Shown here in pieces: positions 12,260 to 25,000 of a stretch of 64,000 nt of DNA (within the stretch, counting starts at the first letter, position 1; every line of letters begins with the position of its first letter). The DNA is from Eledone cirrhosa (taxonomy: Eukaryota), in assembly GCA_964016885.1 (NCBI GenBank), contig OZ024741.1:384710001-384774000 (forward strand). The letters are read 5' to 3'. A program made the translations under genes and the position numbers. The notes below the pieces were generated by a model. That model saw only the letters and a program-made list of their open reading frames with translations. It was not told where the DNA came from and made no database searches.

Positions 12260-13225
12260 TATAATAGAATGTCTAGTATGAGATAAAACCCGTATATTAA
12301 TAGGCATGAGACCAATTTTTGAAATGCAAGGAGAACAGTCAAATATTTTAAAGGATGAAATGCAGAACCTATAACCTTTACAGGGCGTCTGAAATAGGTA
12401 AGGTGAAATAGTGATTAAAAGATGACTCATGAAACAGTGGAATTATCCTCAGACCGAAGACCAGTACGAAAGCTTGCAAACACAGAAAGGATACATTTGA
12501 TGGCTCTCTTGAACTAGGTGTCATTAAGCCAGCAGATATATCAAAACCATCATCCAAGAACTGATATAATTGTTACTACAATTCTAATTGTGGCTGGCAG
12601 AAACATGTTTAGAGTTAAACATTCATAAACAGACATTGATTGATGCCAGTACACACACACACACGTGCACGCACACACGCACACAGACATATTTGCGTAC
12701 CACACAGAAACGCACATACATACACAGTGTACATATATATATTGGCGGAAGATTTTCATTGATATACATTGTTGAAAAGATAACGATATATCCGGCAATA
12801 TATTTAAAGTTGTGCTTTTCTAAAACTCGGATCAGTTTCTAAAGAACTATAGTATATCTCGGTTAATACTTTAACTTAGATAGAGAAAGGATACAAAAGC
12901 TATAGATATACTATTTATATGGCTTTATCATGGTAAATTCAGACAAGATATTTTTATTTGCTTGGTAGTTGATCTCCACAATAGAGGAAACACTTATTTC
13001 TTCAGTCGTAAGCAAAGTTATTATGGCACCTTGAACAAATGTTTTTTAATCATAGTCTTGGCTCGAACCAAAACTTCTGTTTGAAATTGAGTAAATGGAA
13101 ACTGTGTGGAAACTCTTACAGTGATGGTCATAATCCATTTCCCGGTTTAGCATCCCTATATGTTTTTTTAGTGTCTTTAACAGAACCCAACCAATATTGT
13201 TGCAAACATTAAGTTAAGAGCCAAG

Positions 13226-13740
13226 TCCCCAGTTTTGGAATGTACTGTTTTCTACTGGAGCGGTACAACCTGTGCAAGGCCGGATCGTCGGCGAGTAAAC
13301 CGGCAACCCCACCAAGCCTGCTTGGGGAGGAGGACGATTTGGGACATCCAGCGGGATGAAAAACAAAACCCATCAAAGGGCAGAAGAAGTCAAGAGAGTC
13401 AACGGCCATCCAATAAAGCAATTTTTTGTGGAGTGAGAGACTCCTAGTCTTCATTAAGACATCTCTCTAGGAGAAGGTCACTCTGATATAATACCTGCGA
13501 CTTCGTTTGCATCCAATGATGTAGACCAGTCCTGCTTTTTGGATAAACGGATTCGATATGGGACTGGCCCCGTGCAAAGCTTTCCTCACTTAAAAAAGCT
13601 TCAAGCACATGCACCGCTTGATATGTGACATTCTTTTGCGATGCATGGCATTGCTGGCCATAGGGGAGTCCCTAGCAGGACTAGAAAGCCACGTATCAAG
13701 TATCAAGCGATGGCATTACTTGAAATCAAATTGCAGCCGT
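13226..13740 (+). mobile_element. RTE-derived non-autonomous element (subfamily B)
   Basis: Same motif order as 5154-5761 (gtacaacctgt, taaaccggcaacccc, aaaacaaaacc, ctaggagaagg, gggactggc) but diverged; followed by (TATG)n. Confidence 0.8.
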
Positions 13741-14258
13741 TATGTATGTATGTATGTATGTATGTATGTATGTATGTATGTATGTATGTATGTATGTATG
13801 TATGTATGTATGTATGTATGTATGTATGTATATGTGTATGTATGTGTGTATATGTGTGTATATGTATGTATGTGTGTATATGTGTATATGTATGTATGTG
13901 TGTATGTATATATGTATATATGTATATATATATATATGTATGTATATGTGTATGTATGTGTGTATATATATATATGTGTATGTATGTATGTGTATGTATA
14001 TATATATATGTATGTATATGTGTATGTATGTATGTATATATATGTATATGTATGTATATATGTATATATGTGTGTATGTATATGTGTATGTATGTATGTA
14101 TATATGTGTATGTATGTATATGTGTATGTATATGTGTGTATGTATATATGTATATATGTATGTATATGTGTATGTATGTGTGTATATATATATATGTATG
14201 TATATGTGTATGTATATATGTGTATGTATGTGTGTATATATGTATGTATATGTGTATG

Positions 14259-14291
<33 letters not shown>

Positions 14292-14311
14292 GTATGTATA
14301 TATATATATAT
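13741..14311. repeat. (TATG)n decaying into mixed (TA)/(TG) microsatellite
   Basis: Seen directly. Confidence 0.97.
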
Positions 14312-15030
14312 GTCAGGTCACCAGTTGGTGCTACTGGTAACATGTATTCCAGTACAACCTGTCCCATGGTCGGGTCGTTGGCGACTAAACTGGCAACCCC
14401 ACCAAGGTTTCTTGGTAAGGAGGGTGACTTTGGACATCCTGCAGGACTAAAAACAAAACCTGTCAAAGGGCAAAGGAGCTCTTAAGAGTCAATGGCCATC
14501 CAAAATCACCGGGAGAGATGACCCCTTAGCCTTTGTCAAGGCAGAATTCTAGGAGAAGGAAAACTCTGATATAACACCTGCAACCCTGATGGTATCCAAT
14601 GATGTTGACTTGTTCTTTTTGGTAAATATCATCTTGATTAAGAGAGTGGGACTGGCTTTGTGCAGTGCCTTTGCTCACTATAAAAGCTTCATGGCACTGG
14701 CATTGCTTTATATCTGGAGATCTCTCTGCACTTGTCGTCACATGGTACCATGGGCCTAGCACTATGTGTCAATAATTGTCACAGGTGTAGTGTTTGTACC
14801 AGAGTTTTCAAGTCGCTGGCTGGACTAAAGTCACATTCGTTCAGCGCATCGGTAGGAGTTCTCCTACATGGATATAAAGTGGTGGCCGTACTCGAAAACA
14901 AGTTGGCAGCCACCATGTATGTATGTATGTATGTATGTATGTATGTATATAAACATCTATATATGTATATATGTATATATGTATATATGTATATATGTAA
15001 ATATGTAAATGTATGTATGTATGTATGCAT
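14312..15030 (+). mobile_element. Full-length subfamily-A element (14312-14914) plus tail
   Basis: Near-identical to 5154-5761. Confidence 0.87.
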
Positions 15031-15343
15031 GTAAATATCATCTTGGTTAAGAGAGTGGGACTGGCTTTGTACAGTGCCTTTGCTCACTATAAAAGCTTCA
15101 CGGCACAGGCATTGCTTTATATCTGGAGATCTCTCTGCACTTGTCGTCACATGGTACCATGGGCCCAGCACTATGTGTCAATAATTGTCACAAGTGTAGT
15201 GTTTGTACCAGAGTTTTCAAGTCGCTGGCTGGACAAAAAAGTCACACTCGTTCAGCGCATCGGTAGGGGTTCTCCTACATGGATATAAAGTAGTGGCCGT
15301 ACTCGAAAACGAGTTGGCAGCCACCATGTATATATGTATGTAT
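15031..15343 (+). mobile_element. 5'-truncated subfamily-A element
   Basis: Matches the 3' ~295 bp of 5154-5761; short (TATG)n tail. Confidence 0.87.
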
Positions 15344-15344
15344 C

Positions 15345-16087
15345 GTCACTCTTGAGTGCTACTGGTAACATGTAACCCAGTACAACCTGTCGCATGGTCG
15401 GGTCGTCGGCGACTAAACCGGCAACCCCACCAAGTTTATTTGGTGAGGAGGGTGATTTTGGACACCCTGCAGGACAAAAAAAAAACCTGACAAAGGGCGG
15501 AAGAACTCATAAGAGTCAACGGCCATCCAAAAGTGTGAAAATATGTATATACACATATGCATATGTATGTGTATGTATATGTGTACATACATGGGTGCAT
15601 GTGTGTGTATATGCGCGGTGACATAGAAATAGTCGGGCTGGACACCCGATCGTGCGGTTAAATCACTGGGAATGAAGGACCCCTAGCCTTTGCCAGGGCA
15701 TTATTCTAGGAGAAGGCAACTCACAAAACTGGGATAACTCCGATATAAAACCTGCGGCTCAGTAGTTACCGATGATGTTGATCTTTTCGTCTTTTCGGGT
15801 TATAGCTACTGTCGCTCAGACAGTGGGATTGGCTCAGTGCACAGTCTTTCCTCACTTTAAAACATATCTTCACACACAGGCATTGCACGATAGAATTAAT
15901 AAATAATTATTAATAATGGTATATCGTGCAATGGCCATACTCGATAACGAGGGGGCAGCCATCATGTATGTATGTATGTATGTATGTATGTATGTATGTA
16001 TGTATGTATGTATGTATGTATGTATGTATGTATGTATGTATGTATGTATGTATGCATGCATGTCTGTCTGTCTGTATGTATGTATGT
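15345..16087 (+). mobile_element. Diverged RTE-derived element (subfamily C) with an internal microsatellite and (TATG)n tail
   Basis: gtgctactggtaacatg...gactaaaccggcaacccc...ctaggagaagg...ggcagccatcatgtatg; interrupted at ~15540-15612; tail 15964-16087. Confidence 0.78.
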
Positions 16088-16879
16088 AATTTTGAATGGC
16101 TGTATGTATTATGCATATATTTATGTTTGAGATCTTCGACTGTATTGCTAATATATGGAGTGTCATTGATTTCTTTCTCTTCAATAGATGAAGTATATAG
16201 GAAAATGTAAAGTGTAACTCTCGTTCTCTTTCAATGCTGAGAAGAAAAACTGGTTGCTAGAATATGTTTACTGCTGTAGCTGCTGATGATGGTGAAGAAG
16301 ACAATGATTTATCCATTTAAATTGCAATGATGTTTACTGCTGTCGTGCTTCTATTCCAGCTTTGTTTTAATGTTGTACGGTTAGATGTATATATCATTGT
16401 AATTACAATGAATCATTAGACGATTCCATCATCGCATTTTAACTAATTATTGATGTTGCTATGACTAAACTTTAACGTACGAACAATAAATATTGATACT
16501 GACGTGATAGTGTTGCATAGTCTATTCGTGAAAAAATGTTCCTTTACAAATACATCTTCACAAGTAACTATATACTATTCGTTGCTGTAATCGCATGATC
16601 AACGAATACATTAACAAGAGTTCAAAAACTAGTATGTAAATTGCAGTTTAATGAGAGAAAGCTGAGGGGTGAAGAAGATATTTCACAGGTTTTAAAATAA
16701 AATAGAAAAAATAATTACTATAAATTTTAGAAATAAAGAAATGAAACGCATTTTTCAAAATGTCTTCTTTCTAATTCTAGATTTTAATGTAGAAGATCGT
16801 AATTCTGTTGACAGTAACTACATAAATATTTTTTTTATTATCTATGTACATGCACATACAATCAACGAAGCGAATGGGC

Positions 16880-17059
16880 AATAATTGTTTCTACTTTAGG
16901 CACAAGGCCAGCAATCACCCAGTGCATTACTGGTACTTTATTTTATCGACCCCGTAAGGATGAAAGGCAAAGTCAACCTCGGCGGGATTTGAACTCAGAT
17001 CGTAAAGGGACGTAACTATGCTGGAAAGCATGGCGTCCGACCCTCTACCGATACTGCCA
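16880..17059 (-). mobile_element. Family-1 tRNA SINE
   Basis: Reverse complement of the 9010-9187 pattern. Confidence 0.88.
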
Positions 17060-17222
17060 TAGGCACAAGACCAACAATCTTGGCGGGAGGGGAAAGTTGA
17101 TTAAATCGGCATCATAAGGATGAAATGCAAAGCTAACCTCGGCGGGATTTGAACTCAGAGCGTAGAAAATTGTGACTAAATACTTCTAAGCATGTCCAAG
17201 GCTCTACCGATACTGCCAATCA
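17060..17222 (-). mobile_element. Family-1 tRNA SINE, tandem with the previous copy
   Basis: aggcacaag...ggatgaaatgcaaagctaacctcggcgggatttgaactcaga...ctctaccgatactgcca. Confidence 0.85.
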
Positions 17223-19049
17223 ATCGTTCTCGCAGATAGGAAATGATGATAAGAATGGGTCTGACAGAAAAAAAAAGAAAAGACATGTACACTTCCTCAA
17301 TTACACACTATGGTACTAATAATTCTTGCGGTAACCCTAAACCTACATGGCATTACTAGGGGTGATAGCGAGACTGAGGCGCTGGAGCAGTCTAACACGC
17401 TCACAAGCATTACCAGATACTTCTGTAAGACAACGACGACAAAAGCTCTGTTGTAAGCGACCCAGCTCACACGAACATCTCGAATGCCAGAAGCTGAAAA
17501 ATGTAATTCAGCGTCAAATTACGGTATTTGAGTAGTTTATTCTGTTCGGCTATTGATGAAGTAACTATCACTCTTGGCACAGTATTTAGGATGTGTGATG
17601 TAGTGAAGAGGCTGCTGATAGTGGCCTCCCATAAAAAAAGGCATCTACCTTTAGTCAAGAGCAAAAGGTAAGTTCGTAGAGCCTCTCTCCATCGACCCTG
17701 GACAATCCAAATGGCTATAGAATTGAGTGGATATTAACTTTGGCTAGGACCTGAATTATCATTAAGGTCAGGCTAGCGAAATGACTTATATTTAGGTGAC
17801 ATATTTAGGTCAACCCACAAAGACACTCGGAATCGAGGAACTAGCTACAGCGACACTTCAATCCCTAACATGACAGCGATGGAAATGCGGGCAAGGCTTT
17901 AACTCAATCTTCAAAATATTTGGCACTCGCAGAAAGTAGGCGAGGCTTTGATCAAATTGATCAGAAAGATATTCTAGAATACTGGTATGTTTCGAATGTA
18001 GATTGTCACTAACTCTGAGACAATTTATTCTATTCTGAAATTAATCACTGTAACAAAGCTTCACCCATTTCCCTGTTGATGTTAATAGATGTTGGAAAGA
18101 AGAGGATATTATCCACCAAAAAATGAACAAGCATGAATAAAAAAAAAAAAAAAAGAATTTACTTTATTGCCTCATCTCCCTTCTAACAAGTAAATGGCTA
18201 ACAGAATTTCAACTTCGTCGGATCTCTATGATTCCATATTTACCCTTTAGTTACTCAGTTTATTCAGAAGTTGAATTTGAAGGCGCACATTATAGTTCAA
18301 ACAACGTTCTATCATGATTTGATTCCAGAATATATAGTAAAGTAATTTCTCGTTGGTTCCAATCACTGACAAGCTTTTAGCGTGCCATTTCTGTATGAAG
18401 AAAAATGGTTTGGATTAATTTCGCGCCTTAAGTCTGTTATGTCGAGGAATTAGAAATGGAATTTGATTTAAGAAGAAATTAAATGAAATGTTATCAGTTT
18501 GTTTACCTGTACGTAGTGTGTGAGCAGAACAGTCAACCTTTCAGCTATAATTTAGGTTTTCCGCGTGCTCATCCTAACTAGTTTGTTTCTTCCTTAATCA
18601 ATACTGACTCTCCTTAATACTTCAGGATCCATGCTGGTTGCATGTTCATATTGAGAGATCAATACTAAATCTCATTCATTTTTACAATGATATCGAATTA
18701 CTTACAAAAAAAGAAAGAAAGAAGGAAAGAAAATGAAAAGGAAAAGAAAAATGAAAGCGCATTAGCAAGTTATATATGGAAGTTATAAATGGAAGCTTTT
18801 CATTATGGAAATTGGTCTCTTTAAACCCGCCCGTGTTCAATCAGAATAATGTAAAATGCTACCTTCTTACAACCATAAAACTTTGTGTGATAGGAAGTGC
18901 TGGCAAACTTGTAAGAAAGAATCAATCTTCTTTCAGAAGCCAGCACAAGCTAAATGTACTGGCTAACAGTTATGTTGAATTACAACGGTGAATTGTATAT
19001 TAGATTTATTTATGATTCGAAGTAAAATATCCATCAAACAAACTATGAG

Positions 19050-19216
19050 AGCCTCTACGTAATCACTCAAATTGTTAGAAATAGCAACAAAATCTTCCTC
19101 GAGACAATATGTACGGTCTTTAGACAACGTAGTCCTGCATATCACTAAAACGACAGGATTGTCGTGACCGGAAAGCCTTTGATCATATATTTGCTCGACC
19201 TGGGACGAACTAGGGC

Positions 19217-19255
<39 letters not shown>

Positions 19256-19337
19256 GTAACAACAACAACAATAACAACAACAACAACAACAGTGACAGTA
19301 ACAACAACAACAACAGCAGCAGCAATAACAACAACAA
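19050..19337 (+). mobile_element. Family-3 repeat with long (CAA)n tail
   Basis: tagaaatagcaacaaaatct motif; ends gggctaaacaacaac; (CAA)n 19219-19337. Confidence 0.68.
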
Positions 19338-19852
19338 TTGTCTATTATCTCAAACAGACATTGAATATTTGAACTGTCTCTGAAATAAAAACTCACAGCC
19401 AAATATCTTGTAAAGATCTGACAAGTCTAGCTTATACTTTGCAAGCCCTGTCAGGTGGAGTGGCTGTTCCAGCGCGTCTCCCTCGTCGTTTTCCGGGCCA
19501 ATGTTTTCTCCATCCTTTCAGCCGGGACCATGAGGCAGATTGGCCCTTAGTTTCATTTATAGTGGTGGCATGTGAAATAGATTTACTTCCATAAACATGA
19601 GTAGGTAAGACATTTGCAACCATCATGGACTGAAATTTCTACAATGTCTCCTCTTAGAGTTGTCCCTTTGACAAACATCGGTCTGACAAACGACACGCCG
19701 CCTTTCAGTGAGACTGTGGATTGCACAGATTATACATGCAGGAAAGAAAAAAATGTATTTTAACATATTCATAAAATTGGAGTATTCTCAGCGCGAGGGG
19801 TAGCCGTAAACATCTGGATACTATATGTATAGTAAACATTTTCTGGGGTTAA

Positions 19853-20073
19853 CCCTTTAGCATTTACATTACTCTATATATACTATTATATTTTCATGGT
19901 AATGGCTTTACCTCACGTAATTATCTCACATAATATCGAATCTATAAGATTTTGATATTATTTATTTTGAGAACAATAACTTTAAGTTGGTATGACGGGC
20001 CAGTTATGGCCGGTTTGAACAGAAATAGGTGAGATAATCCTGGCCGGATATGGCCGGTTTAAATGTTTAAGGG
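19853..20073. mobile_element. piggyBac-type MITE (221 bp)
   Basis: TTAA at 19849-19852 and 20074-20077; TIRs ccctttagcattta / taaatgtttaaggg (12 of 14 complementary). Confidence 0.85.
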
Positions 20074-20569
20074 TTAAAATATAAACTCAAATCGAACGGA
20101 GAGTGGACGAGAGAGGGAGAAAGAGAGTCTAAAATATGAGATGAGAAATGAGAGGGTTATATATAGAGAAATGAGATGGGAAGAGAGGAGGAAAATGGGG
20201 ACGAAAACGCTAGAATAGAGAAACGAGAAAGTAGTAGAGTACGTTCGCGTCGAGCCGTGATCGACAAAAGAAGAGGCTGTTTTCTATTGGAAACAGCAGC
20301 AGCAGTAGGCGGAAGTAACAGTAGCAACATGTTTAATTAATGTGTATGATTTTAAAAGTAGAAATTAATAATGAATTTCCAATATTGAATTTCCAAATCT
20401 TTAGCAATATACATTTAATGTTTTATTGGTTTCTGTTATTAAACATTAATACACACAGTGGTATACTTCTAGGGCGTATGCTAAAGTGATACTATGATAC
20501 ATTCATATTTTAATGCAGTGATCAACAGTAACTAACTCAGAGAAACATCATCATATTTTTATCATCACT

Positions 20570-20900
20570 GTAGTGTGATACAGTTCATGATCATGGGATT
20601 TGTACCTAGAAAGTTCACCCCTGAGGCACAAGCCCGGGCAAGGTTGTTTGTGGAAGACCAGTTGTCGCCCATACATACAAATTTCCCCTCTTCACGCCAC
20701 CGATGTTGTCCAAGGGAAAGGCAATGGCCGATACAGATTGGCACCAGTTACGTCGCAACTCATTTCTACAGCTGAGTGAACTGGAACAACAAGAAATATA
20801 GTATCTTGCACAAGGACATAATGCATCGCTCGGTCCGGGAATCAAACTCACAAACTCACGATTGTAATTCCAACATTCTAACCACTAAGCTATACGCCTT
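20570..20900 (-). mobile_element. tRNA-derived SINE (family 2, CORE/V-like domain)
   Basis: Minus strand ggcgtatagcttagtggttaga (A box)...gtttgattcccgg (B-box-like)...tgtccttgtgcaagatact...cactcagctgtagaaatgagt. Confidence 0.8.
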
Positions 20901-20981
20901 CACTAAGGTGATATAGTAGTACAGTGATAAAGTGAATAAAACAGAGATACGGTGATCGTACCTATTATTATATTGATAAAG

Positions 20982-21970
20982 AGTGATACAGTGAACAACA
21001 CAGTGATAGAGTAAACAACACAGTGATACAGTAAACAACACAGTGTTACAGTAAACAACACAGTGTTACAGTAAACAACAGAGTGATAGAGTAAACAACA
21101 CAGTGATAGAGTAAACAACACAGTGTTACAGTAAACAACACAGTGTTACAGTGAACAACACAGTGTTACAGTAAACAACACAGTGATAGAGTAAACAACA
21201 CAGTGATACAGTAAACAACACAGTGTTACAGTAAACAACACAGTGATACAGTGAACAACACAGTGTTACAGTAAACAACAGAGTGATAGAGTAAACAACA
21301 CAGTGATACAGTGAACAACACAGTGTTACAGTGAACAACACAGTGTCACAGTGAACAAAACACTGATAGAGTAAACAACACAGTGTCACAGTGAACAACA
21401 CAGTGATAGAGTAAACAACACAGTGTCACAGTGAACAACACAGTGTTACAGTGAACAACACAGTGTCACAGGGAACAACACAGTGTTACAGTAAACAACA
21501 CAGTGATACAGTGAGCAACACAGTGTTACAGTAAATAACACAGTGATAGAGTAAACAACACAGTGTTACAGTGAACAACACAGTGATACAGTAAACAACA
21601 CAGTGATAGAGTAAACAACACAGTGTCACAGTGAACAACACAGTGTTACAGTGAACAACACAGTGTTACGGTGAACAACACAGTGATAGAGTAAACAACA
21701 CAGTGTCACAGTGAACAACACAGTGTTACAGTAAACAACACAGTGTCACAGTGAACAACACAGTGTTACAGTGAACAACACAGTGATAGAGTAAACAACA
21801 CAGTGTCACAGTGAACAACACAGTGTTACAGTGAACAACACAGTGTTACAGTGAACAACACAGTGTTACAGTGATCAACACCGTGATACAGTAAACAACA
21901 CAGTGATACAGTGAACAACACAGTGTTACAGTGAACAACAGAGTGTTACAGTGAACAACACAGTGTTACA
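20982..21970. repeat. 20-bp minisatellite, ~49 copies; consensus gt(a/g)aacaacacagtg(t/a)taca
   Basis: Strict 20-bp periodicity with substitutions only. Confidence 0.98.
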
Positions 21971-22022
21971 CTGTGTTTAGTGTTTCACTGTATGTATTGT
22001 TTAACGGGATGGTTATTGAAAA

Positions 22023-25000
22023 GAACACAATATCAATCTATTGTCCATTAGAGAGACCACAGTATCTATATATTGTCCACTACAGTGACCACAGTATCAA
22101 TGTATTGCCCACTACACTGACCACTGTATCAATGTATTGTCCACTACAGTGACCACAGTATCAATGTATTGTCCACTACAATGACCACATTATCAATGTA
22201 TTGTCCACTACAGTGACCACAGTATCAATGTATTGTCCACTACAGTGACCACAGTATCAATGTATTGATCACTACAGTCACCACAGTATCAATCTATTGA
22301 CCACTACAGTGACCACAGTATCAATGTATTGTCCACTACAGAGACCACAGTATCAATGTATTGTCCACTACAGTGACCACAGTATCAATGTATTGACCAC
22401 TACAGTGACCACAGTATCAATTTATTGTCCACTACAGTGACCACAGTATCAATATATTGACCACTATACTTACCACAGTATCAATGTATTGTCCACTACA
22501 GAGACCACAGTATCAATGTATTGACCACTACAGTGACCACAGTATCAATGTATTGACCACTACAGTGACCACAGTATCAATGTATTGTCCACTACAGTGA
22601 CCACAGTATCAATGTATTGTCCACTACAGTGACCACAGTATCAATGTATTGTCCACTACAGTGACCACAGTATCAATATATTGTCCACTACACTGACCAC
22701 AGTATCAATGTATTGTCCACTACACTGACAACAGTATCAATGTATTGTCCACTACACAGACCACAGTATCAATGTATTGTCCACTACACTGACCACAGTA
22801 TCAATGTATTGTCCACTACACTGACCACAGTATCAATGTATTATCCACTACAGTGACCACAGTATCAATACATTGTCCACTACACTGACCACAGTATCAA
22901 TGTATTGTCCACTACACTGACCACAGTATCAATGTATTGTCCACTACACTGACCACAGTATCTATATATTGACCACTACAGTGACCACAGTATCAATGTA
23001 TTGTCCACTACAGTGACCACAGTATCAATGTATTGTCCACTACAGTGACCACAGTATAAATGTATAATCCACTACACTGACGACAGTATCAATGTATTGT
23101 CCACTACACTGACCACAGTATCAATGTATTGTCCACTACACTGACCACAGTATCAATGCATTGTCCACTACACTGACCACAGTATCTATATATTGACCAC
23201 TACAGTGACCACAGTATCAATGTATTGTCCACTACAGTGACCACAGTATCAATGTATTGTCCACTACAGTGACCACAGTATAAATGTATAATCCACTACA
23301 CTGACGACAGTATCAATGTATTGTCCACTACACTGACCACAGTATCAATGTATTGACCACTACAGTGACCACAGTATCAATGTATTGTCCACTACAGAGA
23401 CCACAGTATCAATGTATTGTCCACTACACTGACCACAGTATCAATCTATTGTCCACTACACTGACCACAGTATCAATGTATTGTCCACTACACTGACCAC
23501 AGTATCAATGTATTGACCACTACAGTGACCACAGTATCAATGTATTGACCACTACAGTGACCACAGTATCAATGTATTGACCACTACACTGACCACAGTA
23601 TCAATGTATTGTCCACTACACTGACCACAGTATCAATGTATTGTCCACTACACTGACCACAGTATCAATGTATTGACCACTACAGTGACCACAGTATCAA
23701 TGTATTGGCCACTACAGTGACCAAAGTATCAATGTATTGACCACTACAGTGAACACAGTATCAATGTATTGACCACTACAGTGACCACAGTATCAATGTA
23801 TTGTCCATTACACTGACCACAGTATCAATGTATTGTCCAGTACACTGACCACAGTATCAATGTATTGTCCACTACACTGACGACAGTATCAATGTATTGT
23901 CCACTACAGTGACCACAGTATCAATGCATTGTCCACTACAGTGACCACAGTATCAATGCATTGTCCACTACAGTGACCACAGTATCAATGCATTGTCCAC
24001 TACAGTGACCACAGTATCAATGCATTGTCCACTACACTGACCACAGTATCAATGTATTGTCCACTACACTGACCACAGTATCAATGTATTGACCACTACA
24101 GTGACCACAGTATCAATGTATTGACCACTACACTGACCACAGTATCAATGCATTGTCCACTACACTGACCACAGTATCAATGTATTGTCCACTACAGTGA
24201 CCACAGTATCAATGTATTGTCCACTACACTGACCACAGTATCAATGCATTATCCACTACACTGACCACAGTATCAATGTATTGTCCACTACAGTGACCAC
24301 AGTATCAATGCATTGTCCACTACAGTGACCACAGTATCAATGCATTGTCCACTACACTGACCACAGTATCAATATATTGACCACTACAGTGACCACAGTA
24401 TCAATGTATTGTCCATTACACTGACCACAGTATCAATGTATTGTCCAGTACACTGACCACAGTATCAATGTATTGTCCACTACACTGACCACAGTATCAA
24501 TGTATTGTCCACTACAGTGACCACAGTATCAATGTATTGAGCACTACACTGACCACAGTATCAATGTATTGTCCACTACAGTGACCACAGTATCAATGTA
24601 TTGTCCATTACACTGACCACAGTATCAATGTATTGTTCACTACAGTGACCACAGTATCCATGTATTGTCCATTACAGAGACCACAGTATCAATGTATTGT
24701 CCACTACACTGACCACAGTATCAATGTATTGTCCACTACACTGACCACAGTATCAATCTATTGACCACTACAGTGACCACAGTATCAATGTATTGTCCAC
24801 TACAGTGACAACAGTATCAATGTATTGTCCACTAAACTGACCACAGTATCAATGTATTGACCACTGCAGTGACCACAGTATCAATGTATTGTCCATTACA
24901 CTGACCACAGTATCAATGTATTGTCCACTACAGTGACCACAGTATCAATGTATTGTCCACTACACTGACCACAGTATCAATGTATTGACCACTACAGTGA

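Noticed and set aside
11981-12430. 149-aa ORF and a plus-strand CDIWSFLGIL kinase-like peptide near 12010
   Set aside because: The ORF crosses a SINE and has no recognisable domain; the peptide is bounded by stops with no other kinase motifs.
17300-18000. Host-gene exons in unique sequence
   Set aside because: No convincing splice-bounded frame or recognisable peptide; small exons cannot be excluded without transcript data.
18963-19402. Poly-Leu and poly-Cys ORFs
   Set aside because: Reverse translation of the (CAA)n tail.
19432-19626. 64-aa ORF or possible LINE 5' region
   Set aside because: GC-richer than its flanks but single-copy here with no assignable motif.
20856-21401. Cys-rich ORFs
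   Set aside because: Translations of the 20-bp minisatellite.
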